DNA of 63,881 nucleotides, counting the filler, from Bipalium vagum (lineage: Eukaryota): NCBI GenBank assembly GCA_037834085.1. It is 3 parts of 3 records of this genome, joined end to end, with 100 filler letters (N's around TTAATTAATTAA, not from the genome) between each part and the next. Parts side by side here need not be neighbours in the genome. Positions count along the whole stretch, not along the records: positions 1 to 30,253 come from JBBMKC010001076.1; 2 more parts are not named here. The stretch is one strand, 5' to 3'. This document shows, piece by piece, positions 13,926 through 27,429 of this stretch (position 1 is its first letter; each line of letters begins with the position of its first letter). Below the pieces are notes generated by a model. The model was not told the origin of the DNA, searched no databases, and was given only the letters and a program-made list of their open reading frames with translations. The position numbers and the translations under genes are program-made.

Positions 13926-14954
13926 AAACACGTCTGTTTAGTTAAAAATGTAAATGTATATAGAAAAAAAAATGTTATTAAAAATCGAGACCAGTCTTAG
14001 AAATCTTAGATTTCAAGCCGGTATTATATTATATTAGGAGGTTATATAATATATAAATGTATTTTATTATAGAGAAATATGAATGTATTATATTATAAAG
14101 ATAAATAACGGTTAATAAAAACTGACAAAAACTTTTAAACTTAAATTATATCAAAAACAACTATTTAAGACCAAAACTATGAAACCAATACACTTAAGAA
14201 AAATTTTTTATTTAATATTAAATTTTGATACTATTCAGCATCAACGTTTACTCTGGCAACAACGCATATAAATATTCAATGATGTTTGGGAATCCACTGG
14301 TGAACTTGACGTCGTGGTAGGAATTCGAAGGTTTCACTATTGACTGAACTTTAGAGATTTGGAGCTTCGGAGATCCGCGCTATTGATTGAACTTTTGAGA
14401 TTTAGATATTTTGGAGATCCGATAATGATTCGTTTAATCGAGAAATTTTGCTTGAGTTTTCTTCTACTTTTTTGTCCTTTGCAGAGGTTTATATATGCTT
14501 TCTAGTCGTTGATGTTCACAGCTTGCTTTGCTTTGATCTTAATTGAGAATTGATACTGTTGACTTTGAGTCTTTGAAATTTATCTTGCTGTCTACATCTT
14601 CCAATTAAACTCAGCTTGAAATTATAATTGAGAATTAAATTTTTTTGATTTTGTTTAATTAATTTTGTTATTTGCTGTTGATACCCTAATTCGGAACGTT
14701 GACTGTTATAATTCGTGACGTTTGTTGTCTTTGAAATTCTGCTGTATGTTGTCTTTGAATTTGAAATGTGAGTCCTTTTTTAAATTTTAACTTTCTTTTA
14801 TTTAATTCTTTTTTCTTTCTTTTTTATTTTTAGTAAGTCTCTTTTTCTGTATATAATTTTATTAATTTACTTTCCTTCTCTTTGTATCATTTTCCTATAA
14901 AATTTCTTGTTGATGGTCTTGCTGGTTCTGCTGTTGTTGGTCGTCGTAGTCTCC

Positions 14955-15786
14955 ACAGTATCAATCAGAAATATAGGTCGTGAGACCGGTATTAGCCACT
15001 TATCGGTGTACAGAATGGCCAAGGCAGCTCAATATGAAGCCTTACAAGCTGCATAAAGGCCAGCTTTTGATAGATTTGAACGAAGGAGTACAACTCCAAA
15101 GTTTTATGCAACTTCCGCATCGGATTGCAGGTGAGCGATGGGAGAATATCGTCTTTACCAATGAGAAGCTGTTTACAATTGATCAGTGTCATAATCAACA
15201 AAAATGGTCAACTGAAAACCTCGTACCATCTGCTAACGTCATGCATTGCCAAAAACCTCAGTCAGTCATGGTTTGGGCTGGAATTTGCTCCAGTGTCAGT
15301 ACATCAGAAATCTTCTGGATTACGGGATTAAAGCGAATCAAAAAATGTATTACCGGGATATTTTGGAGGTTGTAGTACTTTCTTGGGTCCAACAACATTT
15401 CGGCGACGATGATCAGACTTTTTAACAGGCCTAAGTGACAGCTCAATGTGTGAAAGCTACTCAAGAGTGGTGCAAATCCTCCTTTCCCGGATTTTATCAC
15501 ATCTGCGGAATGGCCACCGGTTACCAAACCTTATTCCCATGGATGATTTATTTACAACTAATTTTTTCATTGCAAGATTTGATACAAAGAATCTGTAATG
15601 TCTTTACGCATCTCTCAGTTGAATTTTGTGAAAAAAATTCTGTCATTTCGTATTAGACAACGTAGTTCAAGGAAACTAAGGAAAAACATTTTGAAAATAA
15701 ATAAATTCTCTGTTTTTTTGTTTCATATTGAGAGGTTCTTTTGCTATTTATTCATAATGCTGAAAAGATATTTAATTGACACACTG
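14955..15786 (+). mobile_element. maT/mori (DD37D, Bmmar1-like) transposon, decayed
   Basis: KPYKLHKGQLL...IVFTNEKLFTIDQCHNQQ...QKPQSVMVWAGIC and, frameshifted, KATQEWCKSSFPGF...EWPP; right end ...AATTGACACACTG|TA. Confidence 0.8.
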
Positions 15787-15799
15787 TATAATACTAATA

Positions 15800-15836
<37 letters not shown>

Positions 15837-17590
15837 GGTTTTATACGTATTTGTTACTAATCTGTTATTATACAGACTATTACGGTACTATTACTGTTAG
15901 TACACTTATAATGTGATGAATTTTCGAAAAAATAATATTGATAATAAATAATAAAATAATCAATATTTATAAAACCAAAGTGACTGGAAAGTCCTTGTTT
16001 GAAGACTTGATAAAAAACAGCAGATTTTCCTTAACAAATTATAAATAATATCATAGTCAGATTCATTAATAAAGTGTAATAATTTTATTTTATTTATTTA
16101 TTTATATATTTCTTGTTCATTTCCACAATCAAACAGTATGAATAAATGAAACGAAATTCATTTAAATTACATTTATGTTTATCATTACAAGAAATCATCG
16201 TACTTTATAAAATAAAATATGAAAAAGAAATATATTATTTATCAAAGATTTTGCAAATTATAAGTGTCTGGTAATTTCGCAGTCTGGGGAATCCATACAT
16301 TGTTTTTGATCATTTGATTCTTTTGACCAATTGATATATTCGTATTATTTGTCGATTGATGATGATGATGATGATGAAATAATATCAATAATAATAATAA
16401 TAATAATGATAATAATTTTAATGCGGAAAAATAAAATTTTCTGTTGATAATAAATTTATTATTATTTTATATAATAAATATTTTACTGTTAATTACATAT
16501 TGTGCTTCGATATATTTCAATGTCGTTTTCAACATTTTAATTAAGCTGCATTTGTTTAGTCAATTGTGTGAGGAAGCCGTCTTTGACGACAGTAACGAGG
16601 AAGAAATGAAAAAAATAAGATAAATATGATAATTAAAAGTGAGCAGAATATTTTCACGATGAACAATCAAATTTCTATTTATAAAAATGCCATTAAAAAG
16701 CTTTCAGTCACTAACCGATTTAATTAACGACAACTATTATATGAGGGATAATTTTCTATGTTATATATATTATTCTCGGATACTTCTGATGTTGCTTATA
16801 TACAAAGTATATTAGGCAAAATGTTATCGTAATCTTTCCAATGTGGATACAGCTCTTAAGTAACTGGCACTCGTTACTGATAATGGTTCCTTTATCAGCG
16901 GAGGTCTTGTATACTCAAAACGATTTAATTTTTCTGTTGCTTCTCTCTACTACACAATATTCACTAAAATGTGGTTGTATCGCTCCTTTAATTAAACAAT
17001 AATGTTATATTTTATGTATTCGTCATTAACCACTTAAATAGATTTTTTTTAGAAAAAAAGTCATAATAAAAAATGTTTATGCGAACTCTGAAACATTCAA
17101 CAAATACGGCTAAATATGGAATATAAAAATGACTTAAGAGTTTATGAGCAACTTTCTCTAACAATAAATTATATATAAAACGTCGACTGAAATTTCCTGC
17201 ACTAAAACGAGAAAATGTAATAATACCCCTTCGAACTTAAATATTGCTGAAATATCTAAGAAAAGAAAATTTTTTTCTTAAAGCATTTATTTATTTGAAA
17301 ATCTACCAGACGTCACAAACCAATAATTTAAACAAATTCAATCATGACTAAATACACTTACGCAAGACGATTGATTGGTTTTAGTAGTTCTCATAAAATA
17401 TAATCATTAAAATGATATTTCATAAATAGAGAATTACAAATTATATCAGATTTTCTCATTTTTCAGTCCAAGTGTTTCATTTTTGAAAATTTAAAGTAAT
17501 CGATCTCAAAATATTCTGAAAAATTAAATTCTAAATAATAAATTTTTGTATTTTATTTCAATTTTCAAAATAAACTTTTTGTTTAAATTG

Positions 17591-17790
17591 TTAAATATTG
17601 ATGATTTCTTTTTCAAAATATTGAAACATGTTTGCATCTGTCATTAATAACATTTTCAACATTTTTGTTGTTATCGTTTGTTCAAAATAAATAAATATAT
17701 ACATTGTTTCATTCGTTGACATGTTACTTTCTAAATTTTCGATAACTTCTAATTTGTTCTCGAAAGTTAGGCCCAATTGATTCGTATTGC
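17591..17790 (-). mobile_element. pogo/Tigger-like N-terminal HTH remnant
   Basis: LTFENKLEVIENLE resembles the LT.E.K.E.I..LE start of Tigger-type transposases; short and decayed. Confidence 0.35.
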
Positions 17791-17939
17791 ACTAAATAAA
17801 ACTGCAAAAGTGGAATATTAAAACAATCACTTGGAAATTTGTAAAAAACTTGGTCAGAGTTTGATGGAATTATGAAGGTGTAATTCGTTTTGAGTTTGAA
17901 ACACATGGTCGTACTGTGAATTTTGAAAAGAAAATATCC

Positions 17940-18110
17940 TAGTTTGATTTTCCTTATAGTTCAGACCTAATTTCTTCAGACTCTACACATTGAGAGGACA
18001 GCGGTTTGTTTATCTTGAAGAGAAGTTTTTGAAGGACATTCTTTGCTTTAAAGTTTAAAGAATAGGATGGTGAACAATAAAAAAAAACTTGCAGAAATAT
18101 CGCAAAATGA
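17940..18110 (+). mobile_element. mariner C-terminal remnant
   Basis: PYSSDLISSD followed after a frameshift by LRGQRF (compare PYSPDLAPSD...LRG.RF). Confidence 0.45.
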
Positions 18111-18277
18111 GGTACATAACATTGATTTTAATTTTTAAAATTAATAAATTATGCTTAGTTTTTGTTTTTTGTAAAACGGATTACAACTTAAAATTTGCAC
18201 TAACTTTGAACGTAATAAAATTTATAAGATATCCAAATTCGATTCGAATTTTAAACAATCAAAATTTGGTGTGTATA

Positions 18278-19170
18278 CACGGTGTGTTATATAAGTAACC
18301 GAAGGTTTAATTTAAATTATATAATAAAAGTATCATTTGTTTTAACTAATCTTTAATTTAAAATTGCACCAATCATCTTTGAAAGTCATCAAAATTTATT
18401 TTATTTGGATCATAGGTTTGAATTCTATTTGCATTTAAATATATATAACATTCTTACACAATTACATACACACAATTACAATACAACTAAGAGAAAATAT
18501 TAAATTTTCTTTTAAAATCGGGAAAAAAATTACAGGCATTTATGAATTACTCCAACGATCTAAAAATGTTTGTGATGATTAAAATAACGACAAAAAGCCT
18601 GGACGCCCGGATGCTAAAAATCGTCCATATTTGGTGGTGAAAGTACATTATATCATTGTTTCTGATGACCAAATGACTGCGAGAATGGTAGCAGAAGAAT
18701 TAAATACAAATATCTTTACCATTTGGACAATTTAAACGAAAGATTTGGGTAAAAGAAAGGTTTTTACTAAGCTGGTTCCCCATGCATTAAATGAAGACCA
18801 AAAAACAGTTCGTGTTGACTATTGTAAAGATCTCCTGAACACTGTTTTAAACCCTCCAGATTATATTGATTCAATATAATCTGGATTATTTTCGTGGTGT
18901 TTCAAATATGATCCTCAAACCAAAGGTCAAAGTAGTAAATGGAAGTCAGTAAATGAGCCGAAAGCCAACAAATTGCGTTTTCAAAAAATTAATAATTAAG
19001 ATAGTGCTTATTACTTTTTATGATTCAAAAGGTATAATCCATAAGGAATTTGTTCCAAAAGGTCAAACAGTTAATGAGGAATATTATTTAAATGTTTTAG
19101 ATTTTTGTGGTCAAGAATTGTTCGAATTTGGCCAGAATATGAAGAAGAAGAGAAGCTTTTTTATTGCACG
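18278..19170 (+). mobile_element. mariner (irritans-type) 5' two-thirds, 3' truncated
   Basis: TA|CACGGTGTG terminus. Decayed protein RENIKFSFKIGK...KPGRP...KLVPHALNEDQK...WCFKYDPQTKGQSSKWK...ITFYDSKGIIHKEFVPKGQTVNEEYY. Confidence 0.85.
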
Positions 19171-19707
19171 AAATGTAGTGATGTACATAGTCACCTCAAG
19201 AAAATTTATTCCCTAACCTTAATTAAAAGAAAATGGACTGACTATTATGATTTAAAATAAAGTTCACACTAAAATTTTGATTCCATTTATTCAAAAATAT
19301 CATACCAACATGTATTACGTATTCTGGCTCGACAAAGTGTCAATACAATATGCAAATGCGGTACTCAGCTTTCTCAACTCAAAAATATACCATTTTTTCA
19401 AAAGATAGAAACCTCAAAAATCTTTTACAATGTCGTCCGGTTTTGTGAACTGAATACCTTAATGTACAGTAAATCCAAATCTATGAAACTATTCAAAACA
19501 AACTTGAAAAATTGTTGAAACAAATGGATTTCATTGGGGTTCAGCGTACCTGTTCTACAATCAAGACCAAACTGCATTCTGATGCTCATAATGGATTTTT
19601 CATTCAAAATCATTAACATTTTATACTTTGTTAAACATTGTTCTATAGGAAATAAAACGAAAATTTTTAAACTAGTTTTTTTCTTATTAATGCTTGAGTC
19701 TGTTAAA

Positions 19708-20949
19708 GAGTGTCTGGTAAATCACATACCTTAAAGATAAAATAATGTATCTTATTTATTAACCTTATTAAATAAAGTTTTTTTAAAAAAAAAGATCACA
19801 TTCCAAAGTTTTGATACAAAAAGTTGTTAAATATTCTGCTCTAAAGTGACACCATGAACATCAAAACAAAATTTTAGTTTTTTTACAATACCATCAAAAG
19901 CTTTTTGTAGAGTTTCTTTTTTAAGAAGTTTGTTTCTTGCTCAATTCTGTTTTTCAGATGGACAATGTCAAGGACCTTTGACTTTAGAAAACCATATAGA
20001 AAAAAGTCCAGTGGAGTCACATTTGCAGAACGTGGTGCCCAAGACATTGGACCACCTCTGCCAATCCGCAGTATTTTCAATTTTTCATTTAACCATACGC
20101 GAACAAATTTGCAAAAATGTGCCGGAGCTCCATCTTGTTGAAAGATGATCTCATTAGTAAGCTAATTAGTTGGATGATGAGATAAAAGTAATCCTTTAAC
20201 ATTTTTAGATATATTTTGTGCGTTTATTGTTTTATCTTCAAAAAAGTATAGGCGGCCAATGATTTGTGTGGTATACAATTACCACCATACATTCACTTTG
20301 GCTGAAAAATGAGCAACTTCAACGGTTGTGAAAGAATTAGTTGGCCCCCGATATTGGCAATAATGCTTATTCATAAATCTGAAAATGCGAAAAGTTGATT
20401 CTCCAGAAAAAAATATGTTGCAATTGTTTGTTTGATCTTCAAGAATCGGTATCAGCTTTTCCGATATTCCCACACACAAGTCCATATCCTCCTCATATAA
20501 ATATTGCACAATATGCATCATGTAGTTTATAATCAATGATTTCTCGCATAAATCGATTTGCTTGATATTTGGTTAGGTTTGCCTCTAGGTTTGTTTGAAT
20601 GTTCATTATCCAGAATTTGCTTAACTAATTTAAATTTTTTCCCGTTATTTTGGAATTTTTTCCTGGACGAACACTGTTTTCAACTGAGACGCCTTTGAGG
20701 AATTTATGATATAATTATACATATGTTCCACGTCGTTTTAATTCCCGATTTACCATGATGTGACTCATATTTCATCACTAGAATTACAGCTTGCATGTTA
20801 GTATCCAAATTAACCGACATATTATTGATTTCATATAAAATTTAAATGTTGAATATTACACTAATATTTAAAACAAAGTTTGTTAGATTTGCATTAAAAT
20901 CATCAGAGATATTAAATTTTCTTTTAGGTATGTTATTTACCCGACACTG
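19708..20949 (-). mobile_element. Tc1/mariner superfamily element (DD41D/rosa-like), decayed, both TIRs
   Basis: TIRs GAGTGTCTGGTAAATCACATACCTTAAAG / CTTTTAGGTATGTTATTTACCCGACACTG. Minus-strand IFFSGESTF...KVNVW, FQQDGAPAH and IGRGGPMSWAPRSANVTPLDFFLYGFLKSKV. Confidence 0.85.
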
Positions 20950-21312
20950 TAGTGTGTTTAAAATTTGAATTCCAGGATACTTTAAATACAACCCGAAGTT
21001 CACTGTTAATCAAATCCTTTGAATTAGATATTCTCTGTCCTCAAAAGATCTGTGACCGCGAATATCTAAAGAAAAAATGCTGATAAACATATTAGAATCA
21101 GACGAAAAGTTGCAAATTTTTCAGTAAAAGTAAATTCATTAGCTCATTTTGCAGGAAGGGAAAGAATCGTGAACCTGATGTAACTAGAAGACGCGTACTC
21201 TGAGAATAAGTTTTTCCCAGAGTGCAGAGTTCAGATATAATTTTGTACTGAAACATTATACGAATAGAAATCTTCAGAATCTAATTAGTGCAGATCGGCT
21301 GCTACACAAATA

Positions 21313-22306
21313 TTAGGTGTACTACTATGATTCCGGATTTTTTTTTAAATGATAATAAAAATTTTTATTTGCATATACATCTAAATTATATCGAATTGAT
21401 TTATAAACAAAAATATCATATAATTAATAATATCACGAGACAGTTTTTTTAATATTCCTTGTTTAAATATTATAGCGATTCAAAATGTCAATATTCATCC
21501 CAAATAAATGACGGGAAGTAATTCTACATTACTTTATTGTCAAGAAAACTGTAGCGAAAACGTACCACTTGCTTCGAGATACCTATGGAGAACATGCTCT
21601 TTCGATGACCACATGTAAAGATTGGTTTTACCGTTTTAGAAATGGCCAATATGATACGAACGACAAGCAGCATGGGAAGCCAAAAAATACAACGTGAAGA
21701 TAGAGATTTGAGAAGACTGTTGGACAAAGACCCATGCCAAACACAATCTGATCTCGCTGTCGTATTAAATGTGACTCAACAATGCATTTCAAAACATCTG
21801 GCAGCATTAGGAATTATTCGAAAATTAGGAATTTGAATCCCACATGAATTGATAGAAATATGCATTGAACGGCGGAAAACAATTTGTGATGTCCTTCTTC
21901 AGAGACAAAAAAGGAAAAAAAATGCATCGAATTATCACAGGAGACGAAAAATGGATTCGTTATGACAATGCAAAACGCAAAGCAGCTTGGGTGATGCCAG
22001 GTGAACTCGGTCCATCAACACCGAAACAAAATGTCCAGGATTTGAAAGTTATGCTGTGTACCTGGTGGGATCAGAAAGGAGTGATCCATTATGAATTTTT
22101 AAAATCTCCAAAATTGGATTGACAGCTGGATTTCATCAAAAGAGTCAGAGTTTTTCCTTCATGTAATTCATTCGTTACCTGAAAGGTTGGCAAAGATTGT
22201 AGCTTCCAATGGAATATATTTTCAATAAATGTTTTTAAATAAAATTTATGATAAATGTCTTTGTTTTCTTACTAAAAAAAAGCCGAAGTCATAGTTGTAC
22301 ACCTAA
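21313..22306 (+). mobile_element. mariner (Mos1/mauritiana-like), internally deleted, both TIRs
   Basis: TIRs TTAGGTGTACTACTATGATTCCGG / CCGAAGTCATAGTTGTACACCTAA with TA flanks. LLDKDPCQTQ...IPHEL...HRIITGDEKWIRYDN...KVMLCTWWDQKGVIHYE, then a deletion to the C-terminal WIDSWISSK. Confidence 0.92.
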
Positions 22307-22920
22307 TATATAATATACAGAGAAATGATTTTATATTATTTACAAAAGCAAACAATGAAAAAGCCTTTTTCTCAGTAAAAGAGAATCGAATGCCTTTTTG
22401 TTTAAAATCGCTCTGCTTCAATTTCTATTGATTAAAAGATTAAAGCTGTTTTGACAAATAATTCCTGGCTTCGTATTTTTTTTATCCATACAAGAAAATA
22501 ATACAAGAGTTAATTTTCTCCATAAAAATATACAATTTTCTTTTTATTAAACAATTTGTCACGCAAAGATCGCTGGATGGAAATAGAATAAATAGATTTT
22601 GTCATGTGAAATGGTTTTGATAATGATGATAATAATATTAATAATAATAATTATTATTATTATAAGTTATAATTTCCTGAAGAAAATTATATTATAATTT
22701 GAGTGGATAAACTTAGGACTATTAATTAATTTCTGGAGACGGGGAATTTGAATATAACAATGTCGTTCACTAAAGAGGGAACACTTAAATTATACAATGG
22801 GCAATATATATAATAGACTGTATTATATAAATGAAATAGTTTCCAACATTTGTGAAAGTACATTATCTGCTAATAATTTTATATCAATTCTTAATATTAA
22901 TAACACTAAGATAATAAAGT

Positions 22921-22927
22921 AATAATA

Positions 22928-22976
<49 letters not shown>

Positions 22977-22986
22977 TAATAATAAT
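22921..22986. repeat. (AAT)n microsatellite
   Basis: Near-perfect AAT trinucleotide run. Confidence 0.95.
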
Positions 22987-24347
22987 GGTATTCAAAATAA
23001 ATTAATGGATTTTGATATCATAATGGTCTTGTATTATTACCTAAGTAAATCATAGTGAGGCGATAGCGAAAACCACCTGAATAATCTTTTTGATTAGCAG
23101 CTAAATTTCTTCGTCATCACTAGTTATTTCAACTTTGGAAAAATGAGAGGTCTACGACTATTTTAGGAGCAGAGAGACCGAAATCTGTTCCATTGAAATT
23201 TGTTAATCGCATTTTTTAGGATAAGTATGACACTATGATTTGCATTGCGGGTGGTCTCCGTGAAGTTCGACTGACCACGTATGACTAGGAAGAGAACTCG
23301 CGATAATAATAATAGACAATAGCTCGAGTTTTAGATGCCAGTAGTGTCACTTTATTCCTCATTCATTTATATCTTATTTTTAGTCATTTTATTCTGTTTC
23401 GATAATTGTAATTAGTCATAATGTTGCGTTAAGTTACCTTAAATTAACGGTGGTTGATTTCAGTTCCTACTGTATCTAATTTTTATTAATATTTAATTGT
23501 GAACCAAGTGTCATAAGTTGATTTGTGGTGTGTGGACAGAAATCAGTTGACGTTATTGGAGTGTGCTAAAGAAATGTATTGAGCGTGAGTCAGAGGGCCG
23601 GGAGCTATTAATTGTGGAATGTTTTTTGAATAATATTGCCATTGTTCGTGATTTTGAGTGAAACTTTATAAATCTTATTGCTGTTATTTGTGAGTTTGTT
23701 TTACTCGTATGATTACTGTAGAACCGAGACCTAACAAAAGAGATTGGGTCAGATAAGCGGAGTTTGTTACTATTAAGATATTAACAAATCATACGTAGTT
23801 GAACTGTTTGACAGTTAAATAAATTTGAACTATTATTTCTCCATTAAATTGATTTACCTACTCCAATCTAATATTAAACGAAAGCACCATTAGGTTTCAA
23901 AACCGAAAGAGAAAAGGTTGTTAGAATTTAGATAGATTGTCCTACCAAGTATCGGGGCTCAACGCTAGCTATAAAAATTATTATATGTGATTTTCGTCTT
24001 AAGCAAATTCTTATTTTCATCATATAGAAAAACTATTCGTAATAATAATATAATCATATTTGAATAACTTAAAACCGAGCAGACCGGAATTTCAAAAAAT
24101 TATATATTCAAATTTCATGAAAAGATATTAAAAAATAAAGAAAAACTCAAAGAAGTCTTAGATAACAAGGAAAAGCTTGGAAATCAAAACATTTTTATTT
24201 ATTCAAATTAATTTTAAAGCGCAGTAAAAGAGGTATAAATCATTAGTCCTATTTTTTGGGCGTTACAACAAGTCAAAATAGAACAAAACAAGATCACTAA
24301 TTCAATATTGTTCGACTGAAATTTTATGTTAAAATTATCAACAATAC

Positions 24348-24744
24348 TGTTACGTCGTTGTATATGTAACTTTAGGCTCTTAATGACCCCTCATTTGAAT
24401 TTGTTAACTTGTTCTTAACTTTTGAATTAAAATAACTACAATAACATCCCATACCGTTGGTATATGAATGAATCAAAATAATCACAATAAACATTTATTT
24501 CACAACAATCACAATCACTCTCATTCGTAGAATCATTAAGCTAACCACATTGAATAATGTCTTCGAGTCAAATAATACAACGGCTTTAATGCAATGGTTA
24601 TTTATATGGAAAAGCTAATATAAATAAAAATATAATACTTTAAACAAAAAGAAGAGAACAATGAAAGATACTCTCACCCGGAGATAACAATGGGTACCTG
24701 ACACTACAGATAGGCCCTGAAAGCCGCCTATAGAGTCCTTAACA
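24348..24744 (-). mobile_element. probable solo LTR
   Basis: TGTTA...TAACA termini, 397 bp; on the minus strand TATAAATA (~24605) precedes AATAAA (~24497); flanks do not give a clean TSD. Confidence 0.5.
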
Positions 24745-25540
24745 TCACAACACTATATAATCATGTTGCATCATTATCATAGCAGGATCTGAACTAAAGT
24801 AAGATGAAAACAGATTAAAGCTGCTGATGTTAAAAACAATGTTCCGACGTTTGGTAATAAGGTCTTCCAACATTTTGTGAAATCTTTTTTCTTTACAATA
24901 TTCAATAAAATTCAACAATTTTCAAATTATCGCTTGAATAAAAGCTCTGCCATAGGTTCTAAAAGACTGCGTCTTATATAGACTGGTCAACGGCCGCCAA
25001 TATCAACTTTCAAGAACCCTATTTCCGAGAATAAATTAAAGAAAAATAATTTTCCGACCCTGATGTTCTTTGGACAGTTAGATAAAATTAAATTTATTCA
25101 TTTTATTATTAGTATTAAAAATTATTTTTTTTGTTAGCAATATTTTATTATGAATAAAAACAATTTGAAGAAGTTATGTTATTCTCATTTAATTTATATT
25201 CCAGGTTCCATATGGGAACCTCGAAAGTTTGCAATCTCCAAAATATCAAGTATGACAGTACCACAACTGATGATCACCCAGATAGAGGAAAAAGAGTTAT
25301 CCAGAAAAAAACATTAAAAAAAAGAAAGAACCCAGCACAATTTTTTTTGTAGGAAATGTAAAAATGATTTTTGAGACATTATAAAATATAATGCCTTGGG
25401 GTACTCTAACAAATTTTTAATAGCCGAACACTTTGAAACAAAAAAGAAAGAGAAAATGTTCATGGTTAATAAAATAAGTTGATTGATAAAGGACAGTGAG
25501 GATCGCATTTTATAAGTAGTAAATTGAGACTATGTGCATA

Positions 25541-27429
25541 TCGGGTGACTTAGAATAAATGGGACACTTTATAAACGTCAAATAATAAATGAATACATTT
25601 AAGAACACTTGAAGAAAATATATAACGAGGAACAACAAGTGTATATTTTTTTTAAGTTAATAAAGTAATCAACTAAAATAGTTCCTTCTTATTATGGTTA
25701 TATTTATACATCTTTTAGGCCATAAGTCCACAATGCACCTTAAAACATCTTGTCTAATTTTCTTGCAACCTTTCAAAATTTCTACTTGAAGTGTGTTTTT
25801 GTTTACAATGTTTCTCAAATCCATATTCCGACTCAGTTCGGTCAAAATTGAATAATCTAATCGGTTTAAATAAGAATATTTGGAGGCCGTTTGTCAGAAG
25901 GAATAAATGAAATAAAATAGGTTTGAGGAATACAGCAATCCTGTTGAAACATCCAATTATCTTAATTTTTTATAAATTAATTAATTATCATCAATTTTTT
26001 ATCTTCTTTCAGTGCTACTGGTAATACATTCTCAATATAAGTATTACAATTTACTTTTCCCTCTAGGAATACAACTTATATGGTTACATTGTAACATGCA
26101 CCCATCCATATCATTAAACTGAAAGGAAATTTAAGTTTTTGATGAATGTTCTGTAAGTCAGCCTCAGATCTAGTTGGAGCCCATAATCATGTGTTTTGTG
26201 AATTGTTAACGCCATTGACAGTAAAATTTTTTCATCATAGAATGCAATTTTTCGACAATCATGCTTACGAATAGTTTTTCGAACCAAATTCACAAAACTA
26301 ATTCTTTTCTTTTTACAAGAAAGATAAGGTTTTAAGATAAGGTAGTGACAGTTGGCAATACGGTTTAACCTTCACATCTTCCTTCAAAACACGTTGTACA
26401 GTATTTCTATGCACATCTAGGTTTTGAACAATTACCCTTTTTGATTTTCTTACAAATTTCTGTGTCAACAGTCTTCAAGTTTTTTATTACTTCTTTTGTC
26501 CTTGATGTTTGTCTTGACTTGGAGGAGATTTAAGTATTACCTTACTCTGCTTGTTGAATCTTGTGATCCGTCATTGCATTGTAAACATTAAAACATACCC
26601 TCTTAAATGATTTGATATTTCTCGTAAATACTTATCTTCTTCGGCAAGGTTCAATGCAAAATCTTATAAAACAGTAGATTTTATTAAATGATAGTACAGT
26701 CGAACCCGTTTAATATCATGTCAACCGTTCTACAGAAAACAATGATAATAGCGGGTCATGATATTAACACGTGTATCAAGTGTTAACTGGTGGGTTTAAT
26801 TCCCTTAATTTGTACTTTTTTTAAATATCTTACTTACTGTTGATGAATCAATATTAAGTTTCTTTGGAACTACTAAAAAAGATATTTTTGTCGAATTGTT
26901 TCAGGACACAATAATTTCTTATTCTTTTTATATGTAGTGTCTGTAGGTTTCCTTTTATCAGCCATTTTAAGACTAAAATCATAAATTATTAAATATTAAA
27001 TAAATTAAAAAAAGATAATAATGAACTTAAGTGATTTCTTAATAAAAAATTCAAAATATTTATTATTAAAACAATAAGGAAAAGGTGATATAATCAGGTT
27101 TCAGAACTTAAACTGTAGCACATTTTAGTGATATTACCCCGTATTTTCACATTAACCGAGGTGATATAAAATAGTTTAATACATTAAATTTACATACCGA
27201 TTGGCAATTGGTTTTCAATGCACCATGATATTAAACGGGTTATGATATTATTCGACGTGATATTAAGCGGGTTCGACTGTATTTGGAAATTCTGATAATA
27301 ATATAACTATTGATTATGTGTTAAGGTCATTGTTAATAATATTTGCCAAAATAAAATTGTAAAAATAGATTTCAGAAAATACAACAAAAATAAATTAATC
27401 AAGTGTCCCATTTATTTTAAGCTACCCGA
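25541..27429 (-). mobile_element. maT/DD37D-like Tc1/mariner element with nested insertion
   Basis: TIRs TCGGGTGACTTAGAATAAATGGGACACTT / AAGTGTCCCATTTATTTTAAGCTACCCGA with TA flanks. Minus-strand FSLMIWMGAC...YIENVLP...NWMFQQD...RPPN. Confidence 0.85.
26697..27279 (-). mobile_element. pogo/Tigger-derived MITE nested in the DD37D element
   Basis: TIRs CAGTCGAACCCGTTTAATATCATGTC / GACGTGATATTAAGCGGGTTCGACTG, TA TSD, subterminal GATATTAA repeats; possible residual start MADKRKPT on the minus strand. Confidence 0.9.

Noticed and set aside
16800-16990. Minus-strand VVERSNRKIK resembling an integrase motif (also LAHFAGRER at ~21140)
   Set aside because: Too short and decayed to support a call.
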